Below, piece by piece: positions 63,122-64,000 of a stretch of DNA of 64,000 nucleotides. Position 1 is the first letter of the stretch. Each line of letters opens with the position of its first letter. A program made the position numbers and the translations under genes. The DNA is taken from the NCBI GenBank assembly GCA_030390025.1, contig CM059425.1:162008001-162072000 (forward strand), read 5' to 3'. The notes under the pieces are model-generated. The model did not search any database. It was given only the letters and a program-made list of their open reading frames with translations, and had not been told where the DNA came from. Origin of the DNA: Squalus acanthias. Taxonomy: Eukaryota.

Positions 63122-63425
63122 CTTTTGCTTGTCTCTTTCAGCAAATTCTCATATTCGGTTAAGTAATTATGGATGAATATTGCTGTGGAAAGGATAACAT
63201 ACAGGTTTTGTACTGGAACCTTGGAAGGGACCTCTTTGCTTCTCTCTTCAAGTCGAGACAGGACATCTGCAGCGACTTTAGAACAGCCATCCACAAAGTT
63301 TTCTCTCATTTCCTGAAGAAAGATCTCACTGCTTGCCAGAGCCAATGGAAGTAATGTGTCAAGTTCTTCCATGAAGTCAGAACAAAACTGGGGAAGAATA
63401 AATGTAGCATCAAGTTGTTTGAAGC
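63122..63425 (-). CDS. KIAA0825: KIAA0825-like protein, coding exon (1st in window)
   Basis: ttttgtcag acceptor and GTAAGT donor, 304 nt, phase 1-2; MEELDTLLPLALA..RLEERSKEVPSKVPVQNL..LSTA resembles recalled MEELETLFPLVLA..RLQERAKEVPSKAPLKNL..LSTA. Confidence 0.9.
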
Positions 63426-64000
63426 CTGACAAAACAATATAATTTATGTACTCCTTGGACACAATCTTGTATCAAGAAAATTATATTGTACAATAATGTA
63501 TGAGAGCTGTGATAAAATAGGTTGACTCACACTAATATAAATTGTTTTACTATAAATGCTTATTGTTGTGAAAAAGACGATTTGTGAAAGCTAAATTTAA
63601 ACTATTTCCACAAACTTGTACCCTGTTGCTGTGTATGCACTTTTATTATACGAGATTGCTCAATGGTGAATTTCAAGAACACAAATTAATGGAAAGTAAA
63701 TGTCAATAACGATTTGTAATTCGGAGTTCCCTTTTATAAAAGTTATTCTACAAATAATTATCTTGAATGTATGTGGTTACCGAAGACATACTTTATTTTT
63801 GTTACAAAGCTTAATTTGTTATATCTAATAACATGTAACAAACAATACTTCACAATCAATTACTACAGCATTTTTTAACTTGCATATAGGCATTAATGTG
63901 TTTGAATATTACTTAGCAAATTAAACCACTTTTGTACCACTAACCAGACCAGAATACCACAAGCACCTCTGTTGGAATCCTATGGGAAAGTAACAGAAAA

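Noticed and set aside
63426..63462. ORF-track N-terminus MSKEYINYIVLS as the gene start
   Set aside because: Intronic; a good acceptor at 63427/63426 defines an internal exon, and the gene start lies beyond the window

Overview
Vertebrate genomic DNA, almost certainly a cartilaginous fish (shark): it carries an HE1-type V-SINE, a Deu-domain SINE, CR1/L2 LINEs and a Penelope element. The window lies inside one host gene on the minus strand. Eight phase-compatible GT-AG coding exons (63425 down to 2975) translate to a protein I recognise as the middle part of KIAA0825. One exon (62469-62618) is 1 nt short and carries an apparent frameshift. The introns are mostly nested transposable elements. 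The dominant class is an expansion of about 20 PIF/Harbinger DNA transposon copies: one full-length 4.1-kb element (38318-42436; perfect 16-bp TIR, AGT TSD, open 3-exon Myb/SANT gene converging on an open DDE transposase ORF), one decayed two-gene copy, several Myb-bearing deletion derivatives and many MITEs. These elements share a degenerate end signature (GG-S-NNN-RAWWTT), make nearly sequence-unrestricted 3-bp TSDs, and carry position-conserved CRE motifs and inverted pairs of splice donors. There are no prokaryotic-type features such as CRISPR arrays or operons. All family and gene assignments come from motif recognition and recall, not from database searches.
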